DNA of 63,069 bases, counting the filler, from Octopus bimaculoides (taxonomy: Eukaryota): NCBI RefSeq assembly GCF_001194135.2. It is 9 parts of 9 records of this genome, joined end to end, with 100 filler letters (N's around TTAATTAATTAA, not from the genome) between each part and the next. Parts side by side here need not be neighbours in the genome. Positions count along the whole stretch, not along the records: positions 30,548 to 37,789 come from NC_069010.1; positions 37,890 to 56,501 come from NC_068987.1; 7 more parts are not named here. The stretch is one strand, 5' to 3'. Both the position numbers and the translations under genes were made by a program. The first letter of the stretch is position 1. Each line of letters starts with the position of its first letter. Under the pieces are notes generated by a model that did not search any database, had not been told where the DNA came from, and was given only the letters and a program-made list of their open reading frames with translations. Of the stretch, positions 35,701 through 46,328 are shown piece after piece.

Positions 35701-35993
35701 GGAAATGTTGAAAATTGAAACAAAAAGAAAAAAATATTCCGTTTTCTCCCCGAGGAAGTAAAGCAAAAATTGGGGAGGGATGGCGGTAATAAATATATAT
35801 ATATATTGACTCTCAGAGCAGTCAAACTTCCAACGTGAATCGGCTTTGAAATGTATAAATAAGAGGACAGTGTTGTATACGCAGCCATGGAGAAGCCAGT
35901 AAGAAGAGATATCGCTGGATTACGTGTTGGTGATTGGAACAGTTGGTGAATGAATATACAGTAAGTCCACAACTACATTAAAACGTCATAACA
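32737..35993 (+). mobile_element. Internally deleted Gypsy (K02A2.6-like) LTR retroelement; 5' LTR interrupted by a LINE
   Basis: LTR-like repeats end cataaca at 34517 and 35993 and share gccagtaagaag.gatatcg.tggatta..tgt..gtgatt.gaacagttggtga.tgaatataca.taagtcc.caactacatta; PBS-like gtggagac follows the first, PPT ttggggaggga precedes the second. gag EFVYNPEKGTAFSAYFRRHEEIFKEKCKSWTDEKKVRLLLRK..FKLSELTPDMFK..EIRARIFAKLEQ and a post-integrase tail MKILYDMFGVP..RKRKRTE are present; no protease, RT or integrase core. Confidence 0.8.
32925..34373 (+). mobile_element. Tx1/L1-like LINE with a 17-bp target-site duplication (interior in a gap)
   Basis: aacagtcgtatgcccgg at 32908-32924 and 34374-34390; 5' UTR then ORF1 start at 33029 MEKAPVGGQSYAAATGKGTEEGKLEIIEIKVDPKKMKECEKLL (SYAAA motif); the 3' end is A-rich (aaataaagaaa). 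Confidence 0.7.
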
Positions 35994-36849
35994 ATTACAA
36001 ACTTTTTGACATAATTATAACTAAAAGGCCCATAGTTGCCAGTACTCAGAGATGCATATATCTTCTCTATTACCTGGTTATCCAACTTGGTGTCTCTTCA
36101 ACTACAGTTGTTTGTAGGCCTCTCCCCCTGCCGCGAGACAGTATATTTTTTCATTAATACTTTTGAAAAAAAAACATCAACCACAAGTGCGACGAACAAT
36201 TTACATGTATCTTGTAATTCTGTCTGACTCATCATTTGTGTTTTTTTAATTTTTAATTTTTTATTATTTTCCTTTTTTTTTTTATATATATTTTTTCCTA
36301 TATATGAAACCGTGTTTTTCTTCAACGTTTAACCACAGTGTTCTTTCTTTTGGTTCCCCATTTGTTTTTCTGTCATTATCCGCTTCAACATCCTTCTCTC
36401 ATCCATATTTTATGCTTCTTTGATTACTTTCTCTAGGGGTTGCACATGTTACATAACTTTCCAGTCTTTTCATTTTACTATTTCTATAATTATTTTTGAA
36501 TACACAGCTTTATCCTAATTTTTTGTTCTTTATACCTTCTCTTTCACCTCACAAACAGGCCTGTCAGATCCTCCTAAATCCCTCACATATACAGCCCGAG
36601 AAACCAAAGCACTCCAAACCACCGCACACCCCTCTCTTAAATTCCCCCATAGAATCTCATTCCACATGGCCCATAAGCATTTCTCTAATCACCCTTTCTC
36701 ATTCTTTTATTTTTCTTTCACGAATGACAAACGTTTGAAATGTGATGCTTTCCTATTTTATTTAAGCGTTAATATTATATATTTGTTAAAACTTGTTCTT
36801 AACCTGTTGTCATTTTTCATATATATATATATATATATATTTGAAGGTT

Positions 36850-37160
36850 TGGAGGTGATGTACAGAAATTATATAGANNNNNNNNNNTTACAGATTTTTA
36901 TTAATGTCACATATTAAATGAAGCGCTTTTCACGTAGTCGTGTAGGTTTTTCAAATTTTTTTTTCAAAGGTTTTAAATTTCTCCAAGGTTTTAAATTTAA
37001 GAGAGAGATTTGACGCTAATATCCATTATTAATGTAATTTATTCCTATATCTCTCTTAAATTAAAAACTTTGGATATATAAACAAGGAGAACGATCCCTA
37101 AGGAGTCTAATTTAGACTTTTTGCGGTGAAATCTCCTGCTATATTGGTAACGATTGCATA
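36850..37160. mobile_element. MITE-like element, same family as 3680-4005
   Basis: Shared ggttttaaatttaagagagagatttgacgc and aaactttggatatataaacaaggagaacgatccctaaggagtctaatttagac segments. Confidence 0.55.
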
Positions 37161-37643
37161 GTTTTCTATGAAAAATTATATATGTGTGTGTATGTGTATA
37201 TATATGCATATGTAGAAATTCTATACCTATTACTCGTCTATTCAAATATTCTACATCCAGTTATACATTCAGAGCCTCCATTTTTTTCCTACACGCCGAC
37301 ACAGACCATTTCATGTCCACTACACAAATGGTTCTAGCATTGATCTTGGTTATGGTGCTTGCATCTCCACACGGCACAGAGAACCACACCAACCAAGATC
37401 TTACTCTGGTCAGGTCAAACCAAGCTGAGCGAGTCTAGAGGGAAGTTAAACTAAATGAGAATCGCTACTAAAATACTTGGAAGAGCAATGTGGTGGAGGT
37501 ACACTTTATGTGGAAGAATCCATTAAGCAATAATTAACGATGAATTTCACAAGTTGCTGAAAGATGGAAGCGTAATGATATTGACCTGAGACTCCAAATT
37601 CCAGAAATGCAAACCCTTGTTTGTCCATCTTATTGTGGCTATC

Positions 37644-37789
37644 TTGTTGGCACTCCGTCGCTTACGACGTCGAGGGTTCCAGTTGATCCGATCAACGGAA
37701 CAGCCTGCTCGTGAAATTAAAGTGCAAGTGGCTGAGCACTCCACAGACACGTGTACCCTTAACGTAGTTCTCGGGAATATTCAGCGTGA
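37644..37789 (-). mobile_element. SINE family B 3' tail
   Basis: ttgttggcactccgtcgcttacgacgtcgagggttccagttgatccgatcaacggaacagcctgctcgtg; runs into a gap. Confidence 0.9.
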
Positions 37790-38104
37790 NNNNNNNNNNN
37801 NNNNNNNNNNNNNNNNNNNNNNNNNNNNNNNNNTTAATTAATTAANNNNNNNNNNNNNNNNNNNNNNNNNNNNNNNNNNNNNNNNNNNNAATAAGTATTC
37901 CAGGTTATCAGGATATTTGCTATTTTACACTTTACTAATGCAATGTAAACTGTATCATTTATAATATTATCACAAAGTTGGTATTTTACCAATAGAACTG
38001 CAATGCCTATTTCAGGATAACCTTATTGTATGGAATAGACATCTTATACAAAATTTTTATTACTCCTTAGCTCATAAGCGAGCAAAAGAAAGCAGCTGTA
38101 CTAT

Positions 38105-38422
38105 GAAGGCGCGTGGCTTAGTGGTTCGGGTATTCGGCTCACGAGCGTAAGGTCGCGGGTTCAATTCCCGTCGACGCGTTGTGTCCTTCAGCGTGACACT
38201 CTTTTTCACGTTGCTCCAGTCCACTCAGCTGGCAAAAATGAGTAGTACCTGTATTTCAAAGGGCCAGCCTTATCACACTTTGTGTCATGCAGAATCTCCC
38301 TGAGAACTACGTTAAGGGTATACGTGTCAGTGGAGTGCTCATCCACTTGCACGTTAATTTCACGAGCAAGCTGTTCCATTGGTCGTATTAACTGGAACCC
38401 TCGTCATCGTAACCGACGGAGT
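38105..38422 (+). mobile_element. SINE with family B tail but a different tRNA-like head and CORE-like centre (OR-type)
   Basis: Head gaaggcgcgtggcttagtggttcgggtattcggctcacgagcgtaaggtcgcgggttcaattcc, centre ttgtgtccttcagcgtgacactc, then tgtatttcaaagggccagcc...actggaaccctcgtcatcgtaaccgacggagt. Confidence 0.85.
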
Positions 38423-38687
38423 CCTCCTGTACCATATACGGAGTATTGTCTCCATTAAAAATTCTCTTATTCTACACACACACACACACACACATATATA
38501 TGTATATAATATTTTTCCGGATGAAAATACTTCTTCCGTTTAGGGCATTATTCCCCTAGGTTCCCAATATTTTTTTATCATACTTTATTTAAGGGACTCT
38601 TTTCATTTCCGTATGAATATGTATATAAAAATGTCATTAGAATAATTAATTTATTAGACGGAGTCCAATAAATGTCATCAAATAAAT

Positions 38688-38772
38688 CAGAGGTTCTCAA
38701 ACTTTTTGGCCCCCCCCCCTTAGGCATCAGCGCCCACCTGGACCGTCTTAACGCCCACTTTGAGAACCTATG
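38688..38772. mobile_element. 85-bp hAT-type MITE with 8-bp TSD
   Basis: TIRs cagaggttctcaaa / tttgagaacctatg; aaataaat duplicated at 38680-38687 and 38773-38780. Confidence 0.85.
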
Positions 38773-38944
38773 AAATAAATGGAACAGGCTTTGATGCTAA
38801 TACGGACTATTTATTTAATTGAACCAGACAGCTGTTTCTGTCACAAAAGACCATATTTCAAGTATGCAATTAAAGAACAGGTATTTCAACAAAAGTAATA
38901 CTCCTGTGAGTATGGATGTAGGTGTATGTGTGTGTCTATGTGAG

Positions 38945-39105
38945 CATATTGGCTGTGAGGTAAGTAGCTTGCTTACCAACCACATGGTCCCGGGTTTAGT
39001 CCCACTGCGTAACATCTAAGCAAGTGACTTCTACTATGGCCTCGGGCCGACCAAAGCCTTGTGAGTGGATTTGGTAGACGGAAACTAAAAGAAGACTATC
39101 GCATC
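38945..39105 (+). mobile_element. SINE family A, 5' half
   Basis: ggctgtgaggtaagtagcttgcttaccaaccacatggtcccggg...ggtagacggaaactaaaagaag; abuts a minus-strand family C fragment at ~39122-39210. Confidence 0.85.
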
Positions 39106-39289
39106 TATCAATATATATATAAGTCGACCTCGGTGGAATTTGAACTCAGAACGTAAAGACAGACGTAATACCGCTTAGCATTTCGCCCGGTGTGCTAACG
39201 TTTCTGCCAGTATGCATGTGTATATGTGTGTATAACGTGTATATAACGTGTATATAACGTTTCGCCGCCTTGCATAATAGGAAATCCAA

Positions 39290-39603
39290 CCACATTTCGT
39301 GGTTTGCTACCCCAATAACTCCTTTAAGAGGATCCAGTGGCTAAAGACATCATCAGCAGGAACCACATCCGGTTTCAGCCCCTACTCCTCTACCGTTTTC
39401 AATGTGGCCACCACCTTCTTTCGGAGGTGTCTTCAGCTCTTATGTTGAGTGCATTTCTTCTTTCTCCTTCTTTCTTCTGTTCCCTGGCCTCTTCAATGCA
39501 GCATCAACGAGTGTCAGCTGGCGACTGACCATCCTGCCAAATTTCCCTTTAAATACTCGCTGGTAGGTTCCAACAGCCGGCACCAGCTAGTTGTCACGTG
39601 ACA
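39290..39603 (-). mobile_element. Possible LTR fragment
   Basis: Begins TGTCACGTGACA on the minus strand; has TATA-like tatttaaaggg and a purine-rich tract, ending near a PBS-like ttggggtagcaaaccacgaaa. No partner LTR or TSD seen. Confidence 0.35.
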
Positions 39604-39899
39604 CGGTGTGCTAACGATTCTTCCAGCTCGCCACCTTGTGTAATATATATAATAAGTACAAAATGTACTTTTATACAGGAAGTATAATATAAAATATCTC
39701 TATCGTTTGAATATATAAGTCTATGAATATTAATATTTCTGGGGAAAAATAATATATACCTTTATATAGAGATAAAATTAATGAATGGAGAAATAACCCA
39801 TCTTATAGGATCACAAGAATTAATATTGAAATATATAATTGAAAAAGAAATCCCCTCTACTATACTGTAAGTTTTGAGAAGCTCTATTCTCTGCAACGC

Positions 39900-40330
39900 T
39901 GCCGTGAGCGATACAATATTTGCACCATGTGGAAAATATTCCACCAATATTATCCATATGATATCGGTATTATGTTTAGAATTCACCCAACATTACTCCC
40001 CTGTGCAATGTGTCCCCTACAAAGGCCGAGATCACATCACATAAGAGCATTGCGACACACTTTCTTCACTGCAAATGGACCTGCACTTTTCAATGTTATC
40101 CCGAAAGAAATTAAAGTAGAAAAAGACCCCACAACTTTCAAACGGTACCTGGACAAATTCCTCCAGGAAATACCGGATAAACGACCTACACCTGGACACG
40201 TCTCAACCAACAACAACTCTCTGCTTGAGTGGTCCATGGTGTCCCGAAATAATTCACTAAAAGACTTTTCCAGGGTCGTGCTATTGAGTCAGTCATGACC
40301 TGCGCCGATAATGGCCGAAACCAATCTAAG
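39900..40330 (+). pseudogene. CR1/Jockey-group LINE 3' end
   Basis: HIRALRHTFFTANGPALFNVIPKEIK..DPTTFKRYLDKFLQEIPDKRPTPGHVSTNNNSLLEW, the typical GP.LFN.IP / FK..LDKFL..IPD.P terminus; tail tctaagttatctaagt. Confidence 0.85.
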
Positions 40331-40454
40331 TTATCTAAGTTATGCTGTAAACAAATTTACATTATGTTGATGGTATGCAATTATTGTTTATGCTCTATTG
40401 TTTAATTATGAATGTAATTATGAATAATATTATTATGTAAGATAGATGTATATA

Positions 40455-40487
<33 letters not shown>

Positions 40488-40984
40488 NNNNNNNNNNNNN
40501 NNNNNNNNNNNNNNNNNNNNNNNNNNNNNNNNNNNNNNNNNNNNNNNNNNNNNNNNNNNNNNNNNNNNNNNNNNNNNNNNNNNNNNNNNNNNNNNNNNNN
40601 NNNNNNNNNNNNNNNNNNNNNNNNNNNNNNNNNNNNNNNNNNNNNNNNNNNNNNNNNNNNNNNNNNNNNNNNNNNNNNNNNNNNNNNNNNNNNNNNNNNN
40701 NNNNNNNNNNNNNNNNNNNNNNNNNNNNNNNNNNNNNNNNNNNNNNNNNNNNNNNNNNNNNNNNNNNNNNNNNNNNNNNNNNNNNNNNNNNNNNNNNNNN
40801 NNNNNNNNNNNNNNNNNNNNNNNNNNNNNNNNNNNNNNNNNNNNNNNNNNNNNNNNNNNNNNNNNNNNNNNNNNNNNNNNNNNNNNNNNNNNNNNNNNNN
40901 NNNNNNNNNNNNNNNNNNNNNNNNNNNNNNNNNNNNNNNNNNNNNNNNNNNNNNNNNNNNNNNNNNNNNNNNNNNNNNCACACA

Positions 40985-41158
40985 CATGTATATACGACGG
41001 GAGTTTTTCAGTTTCCGTCTACCAAATCCACTCACAAGGCTTTGGTCGACTCGAGGCTATAGTAGGAGACACTTGTCCAAGGTGCCACGCAGAGGGACTG
41101 AACCCGGAACTATGTGGTTGGTAAGCAAGCTACTTACCACTCAGCCACTCTTGCGCCT
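40985..41158 (-). mobile_element. SINE family A, 5' half
   Basis: atacgacgggagtttttcagtttccgtctaccaaatccactcacaaggctttggtcgac...cagccactcttgcgcc. Confidence 0.88.
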
Positions 41159-41185
41159 ATGTACACATATACATAAGCATGCAGA

Positions 41186-41230
<45 letters not shown>

Positions 41231-43649
41231 ATCTTTTATTTTTACTTCTTTGGACTGCGGCTAACTATTTTAGTTGAACAAATAGACTATGTATTTTTCT
41301 TTTTCAAATCTGGTATTAATTCTATTGGACGTGAACAAAGCGACACAGGTTGTAAATCGGTGGGTGAACTGATAAAAAAATACACGCACGCACGCACGCG
41401 CACGCATACACTCTCTCTCTCTCTCACACACACACACAACGGTTTTCACGCAGCTTGTTGATTAGCCATGAGTAGACACATATATATATATATATACATA
41501 AAGGCAAAGTAGTCACACACACATACACACACAAACACATACGCACAGACACTCAAACACACATACATGCATACACACACATACACACAGACACACACAC
41601 ACACACACATATATATATACACGCACAGACACACACACACGCACAGACACAGACGTACGCACAACACAGAGGCACAGATACACAAAACACACGAGCGCAC
41701 ACCACACACGCGGATTTTTGTATCAAGATGAAAGGTGTACTCGTTTCATGAGTACAAGTACATCCCGATATGCAAAGACGCAGCCATTCATTGAGACATC
41801 CAAATATACACACGAGGTTCTGTACATGTCTTCAGAGAGACAAAGAAGCCTTCGTTGGAAGTGACCGGATTACAGTCTTCGACGTTAAATATATCTCGAG
41901 AAAAGCACGCACAAACACACACGCACACGAACACGCACACACACACACACACACACTTATTTATATCAATGTACATGAGCGTATATCTCAATGTTTATGT
42001 ATGTGTGTATGTATGTATATATATATATANNNNNNNNNNNNNNNNNNNNNNNNNNNNNNNNNNNNNNNNNNNNNNNNNNNNNNNNNNNNNNNNNNNNNNN
42101 NNNNNNNNNNNNNNNNNNNNNNNNNNNNNNNNNNNNNNNNNNNNNNNNNNNNNNNNNNNNNNNNNNNNNNNNNNNNNNNNNNNNNNNNNNNNNNNNNNNN
42201 NNNNNNNNNNNNNNNNNNNNNNNNNNNNNNNNNNNNNNNNNNNNNNNNNNNNNNNNNNNNNNNNNNNNNNNNNNNNNNNNNNNNNNNNNNNNNNNNNNNN
42301 NNNNNNNNNNNNNNNNNNNNNNNNNNNNNNNNNNNNNNNNNNNNNNNNNNNNNNNNNNNNNNNNNNNNNNNNNNNNNNNNNNNNNNNNNNNNNNNNNNNN
42401 NNNNNNNNNNNNNNNNNNNNNNNNNNNNNNNNNNNNNNNNNNNNNNNNNNNNNNNNNNNNNNNNNNNNNNNNNNNNNNNNNNNNNNNNNNNNNNNNNNNN
42501 NNNNNNTAATCAAAGGATATAAAAAGTATGTGTACCTGCTGGAAATAAGTCAAAACTCTTATTTAAATTGCCAAAATACACTAATAGTAACTAGAGAAAT
42601 CAACCGTCCGAAGGCAAACGGGCTAAGACAATCTCTCAACGTACATTCAAGTACCTGGACTCACGTGGACCGGTTTCTACACTAGCAAAAGTAGCCTCAG
42701 CTTCCCGTCGTGCAGTAACCCCACCGGGGTCACTGCACACTCGAACACAAACTCTAGCATTTCTACGTCTTGGAGCACGCGCACACACACGCACACACAC
42801 ATATACGCACACATACATATATACATGCACATATACATATATACATGCACACATACCTTCATGCATACATACATACAGAGAAATATATACCCATTACATG
42901 AGTATGTAAGTAGCATCCTCATATATACATACCTACATATATGGGACTTAGAGATTAATAAATATCTAAAACCGTCTTCACCTATACAAAGAAGCCTTGA
43001 TATTTAGTAAATGGTTTAAATTTCGTAAAGGAATTATGTACATGTCGAAGATAACATATACAAACAAATTGACATATACACACATATACACACATATATG
43101 GAGGCTACTGCAGAAGTTCGGTTAATGTGTAAAGGATATATAAAAATTCAATCTTTTGTATTTTGTTACTGTTTATATATATANNNNNNNNNNNNNNNNN
43201 NNNNNNNNNNNNNNNNNNNNNNNNNNNNNNNNNNNNNNNNNNNNNNNNNNNNNNNNNNNNNNNNNNNNNNNNNNNNNNNNNNNNNNNNNNNNNNNNNNNN
43301 NNNNNNNNNNNNNNNNNNNNNNNNNNNNNNNNNNNNNNNNNNNNNNNNNNNNNNNNNNNNNNNNNNNNNNNNNNNNNNNNNNNNNNNNNNNNNNNNNNNN
43401 NNNNNNNNNNNNNNNNNNNNNNNNNNNNNNNNNNNNNNNNNNNNNNNNNNNNNNNNNNNNNNNNNNNNNNNNNNNNNNNNNNNNNNNNNNNNNNNNNNNN
43501 NNNNNNNNNNNNNNNNNNNNNNNNNNNNNNNNNNNNNNNNNNNNNNNNNNNNNNNNNNNNNNNNNNNNNNNNNNNNNNNNNNNNNNNNNNNNNNNNNNNN
43601 NNNNNNNNNNNNNNNNNNNNNNNNNNNNNNNTATATACATACATACATA

Positions 43650-44262
43650 TAAGACGGATGATCACTAGGTGGACATCCAATATGCTAAATATAGATCACA
43701 TATGGTCTGACCACTAAGAAAAAAATGTTCTCAAGAAAATTCAGCAAACGCCAGAACGTAAGCGAGCAAGACAAATGAAAAGATACAAAATATAAGGATT
43801 AGTCACATACCAGGTTTCATTGTTAGCATTTACATATTTACATACATAAATGTCCGCAAATCATCAGTGCGACCGTCATAGAAAATATAATTTGCAGAAC
43901 TGTACACGAGACGCGCGCCAAAACGAAGACATTTGAAATATATCCCCAAATATAATTGACAGAACTGTATGCATGTTCTCTATCGTGTGGACGTCTCGTG
44001 TATAGTTCTGCAATTATATTTTCTTTGACGGCCGCACTGATGATTTGCGGACATTTGTGTATGTAAATATGTAAATGGTAACAATGAAACCTGGTATGTG
44101 AATAATCATTATATTTTGTATCTTTTCATTTGTCTTATTCGGTTACGTTCTGACGTTTGCTGAATTTTCCTGAGGACAATTTTTTCTTAGTGGTCAGACT
44201 ATAGAACATATGGGGGTCTACATCTTGCATATTGGATGTCCACCTAGTGGTCATCCCTCTTA
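43650..44262. mobile_element. MITE/foldback with ~265-bp terminal inverted repeats
   Basis: 43650-43913 (agacggatgatcactaggtggacatccaatatgc...gaactgtacacgagacg) mirrors 43992-44262; flanked by TA runs, consistent with a Tc1/mariner-type TA target. Confidence 0.9.
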
Positions 44263-44334
44263 TATATATATATATTTGAATAGTATCGTCGCTATCTTAT
44301 TGTTTATATTTGTGTATATGTATGTATGTCATCA

Positions 44335-44735
44335 TTCAGCTTTATTTCAAGATTTCTTGCCAATAGAGAAAGAGCCGGTTTCTAACCTAGATCCAAGGCT
44401 CCTTCATTGGAATTTCAACATCAATAACCAGGTATTTTTTCTGTATGTATGCATGTATATATGTATGTGCAGATTTGTATGTTTTGTTTTATGCATGTAT
44501 TCTCATGCATATAGTTGCATATCTAGACATGCTCATATATAGTTAAATGATGAACTTCTGGAAAGTTTTACCGATTTTTAGTTCCAGTGATGGATTGGAT
44601 CTGTAGACTTCAAATTAACTTTCTCCTTTCTGGTTTTGAGAAGCCTAATTTCTCAAGATTGGTATTTAGGCAGTGTGTTACATATCCCAGTGCCCCAATA
44701 ATTACAGGTATAAACCTGAACTTGTAATCTGGATA
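44335..44735 (-). mobile_element. RLE-type (R4-like) LINE 3' end
   Basis: YPDYKFRFIPVIIGALGYVTHCLNTNLEKLGFSKPERRKLI..LQIQSITGT plus the same 3' UTR as the 18153 copy. Confidence 0.88.
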
Positions 44736-44820
44736 TGTATGTATGTGTGTCTGCATGCTTGTTTGTCTATCTATCCATCCATCCATCCATCCATCCATCC
44801 ATACATACATGAATACGTAT

Positions 44821-45017
44821 ATTCGTTATTAGCGATGGAAGTAGTATTAGTTCAAAATAGCATTCTGCATATCTTACTTAACGTGGATATATTGTTTGAA
44901 AGCCAGAAACCTGTGCTATTCGTCTCGACAAAGTGTATAGTATAGACTCATAGCACAAAGTAAGATATACAGAATGCTATCTTTAACTATAAACTGTTTC
45001 TGTCGCTAATAGCGAAT
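44821..45017. mobile_element. Small MITE with ~59-bp diverged TIRs
   Basis: attcgttattagcgatggaag...aatagcattctgcatatcttactt versus the reverse complement at 44959-45017. Confidence 0.65.
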
Positions 45018-46016
45018 TTCTGCCCAACCCATCCTCCATTTGTGACATCAGTGACTTGATACTCTCCGTTTCTCTATATCAGTGGAGGATAAATTTGTCA
45101 AAGTATGCAGTTGCTGGTGGTTGTTTGTTACTGATGATGCTCAAAGAAGTAAAAATCTGGATTCAGTAATCCCATCGCCGTTGCCTGACACTTTTTGTCA
45201 GTTACTGATATACTTGTGTGCTATACATCTGCACGCGAGGTTTTCTCGAGGCGAATGCCACAGTTTCCTGGCTTTCTACAGTATATCCGCATTAAGTTAT
45301 ATATACCGAATAATATATACATACATACACACATGTACATATATTTGCGCGCGAGCGCGTATATCTATGTGTATATTTGTATTTGTGCTTGTCCCCTACC
45401 ACTGCTTGACCACCGGCGTTGGTTTGCTTACGTTCCCATAATTAGCGGTTCGGCTAATAGAGTTGCTAATAGAGGCAACTATCTGGTCCCAGTCGACTGG
45501 GAAGGCGCTGCGGTAAGCATGGAAGCCGCGGACGCGAACCAGGAAAAAGCCGACTGCCGGTGTATTAACTTTATACACGGGCATTGTTGGCATTTTCAAT
45601 CGCTAATCATCAGTGATAGTCTTCCGCAGTCACGAGTGGACAGACGTCATCATCGTCATCATATATGTATATATATATATATATNNNNNNNNNNNNNNNN
45701 NNNNNNNNNNNNNNNNNNNNNNNNNNNNNNNNNNNNNNNNNNNNNNNNNNNNNNNNNNNNNNNNNNNNNNNNNNNNNNNNNNNNNNNNNNNNNNNNNNNN
45801 NNNNNNNNNNNNNNNNNNNNNNNNNNNNNNNNNNNNNNNNNNNNNNNNNNNNNNNNNNNNNNNNNNNNNNNNNNNNNNNNNNNNNNNNNNNNNNNNNNNN
45901 NNNNNNNNNNNNNNNNNNNNNNNNNNNNNNNNNNNNNNNNNNNNNNNNNNNNNNNNNNNNNNNNNNNNNNNNNNNNNNNNNNNNNNNNNNNNNNNNNNNN
46001 NNNNNNNNNNNNNNNN

Positions 46017-46075
46017 NGTGCCGACCAAAACCTTGTGAGTGGATTTGGTAGACGGAAACTGAAAGAAGCCTGTCG

Positions 46076-46120
<45 letters not shown>

Positions 46121-46328
46121 TTGTGTGTCTGTTTGTTCCTCCAGCATCGCTTGACAACCGTTGCTGGTGTGTTTACGTCCCCGTAACTTAGCGGCTCGGC
46201 AAAAGAGACCGATAGAATAAGTACTAGGCTTACAACGAATAAGTCCTGGGGTTGATTTTCTCGACTAAAGGCGGTGCTCCAGCATGGCCGCAGTCGAATG
46301 ACTGAAACAAGTAAAAGAGTAAAAGAGA
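46017..46328 (+). mobile_element. SINE family A, central and 3' part
   Basis: gccgaccaaaaccttgtgagtggatttggtagacgg...cgtccccgtaacttagcggctcggcaaaagagaccgatagaataag...gactgaaacaagtaaaagagt. Confidence 0.92.

Noticed and set aside
41745-42780. Exon-like islands between microsatellites (41745-41900, 42650-42775)
   Set aside because: Splice signals are weak, phases are incompatible with each other and with PLA2 exon 1, and the peptides are unrecognisable.
45470-45600. QEKADCRC peptide resembling the group XII PLA2 C-terminus (SQRAACRC)
   Set aside because: No LGC..Y/F motif or conserved upstream cysteines, and no compatible acceptor; likely chance.
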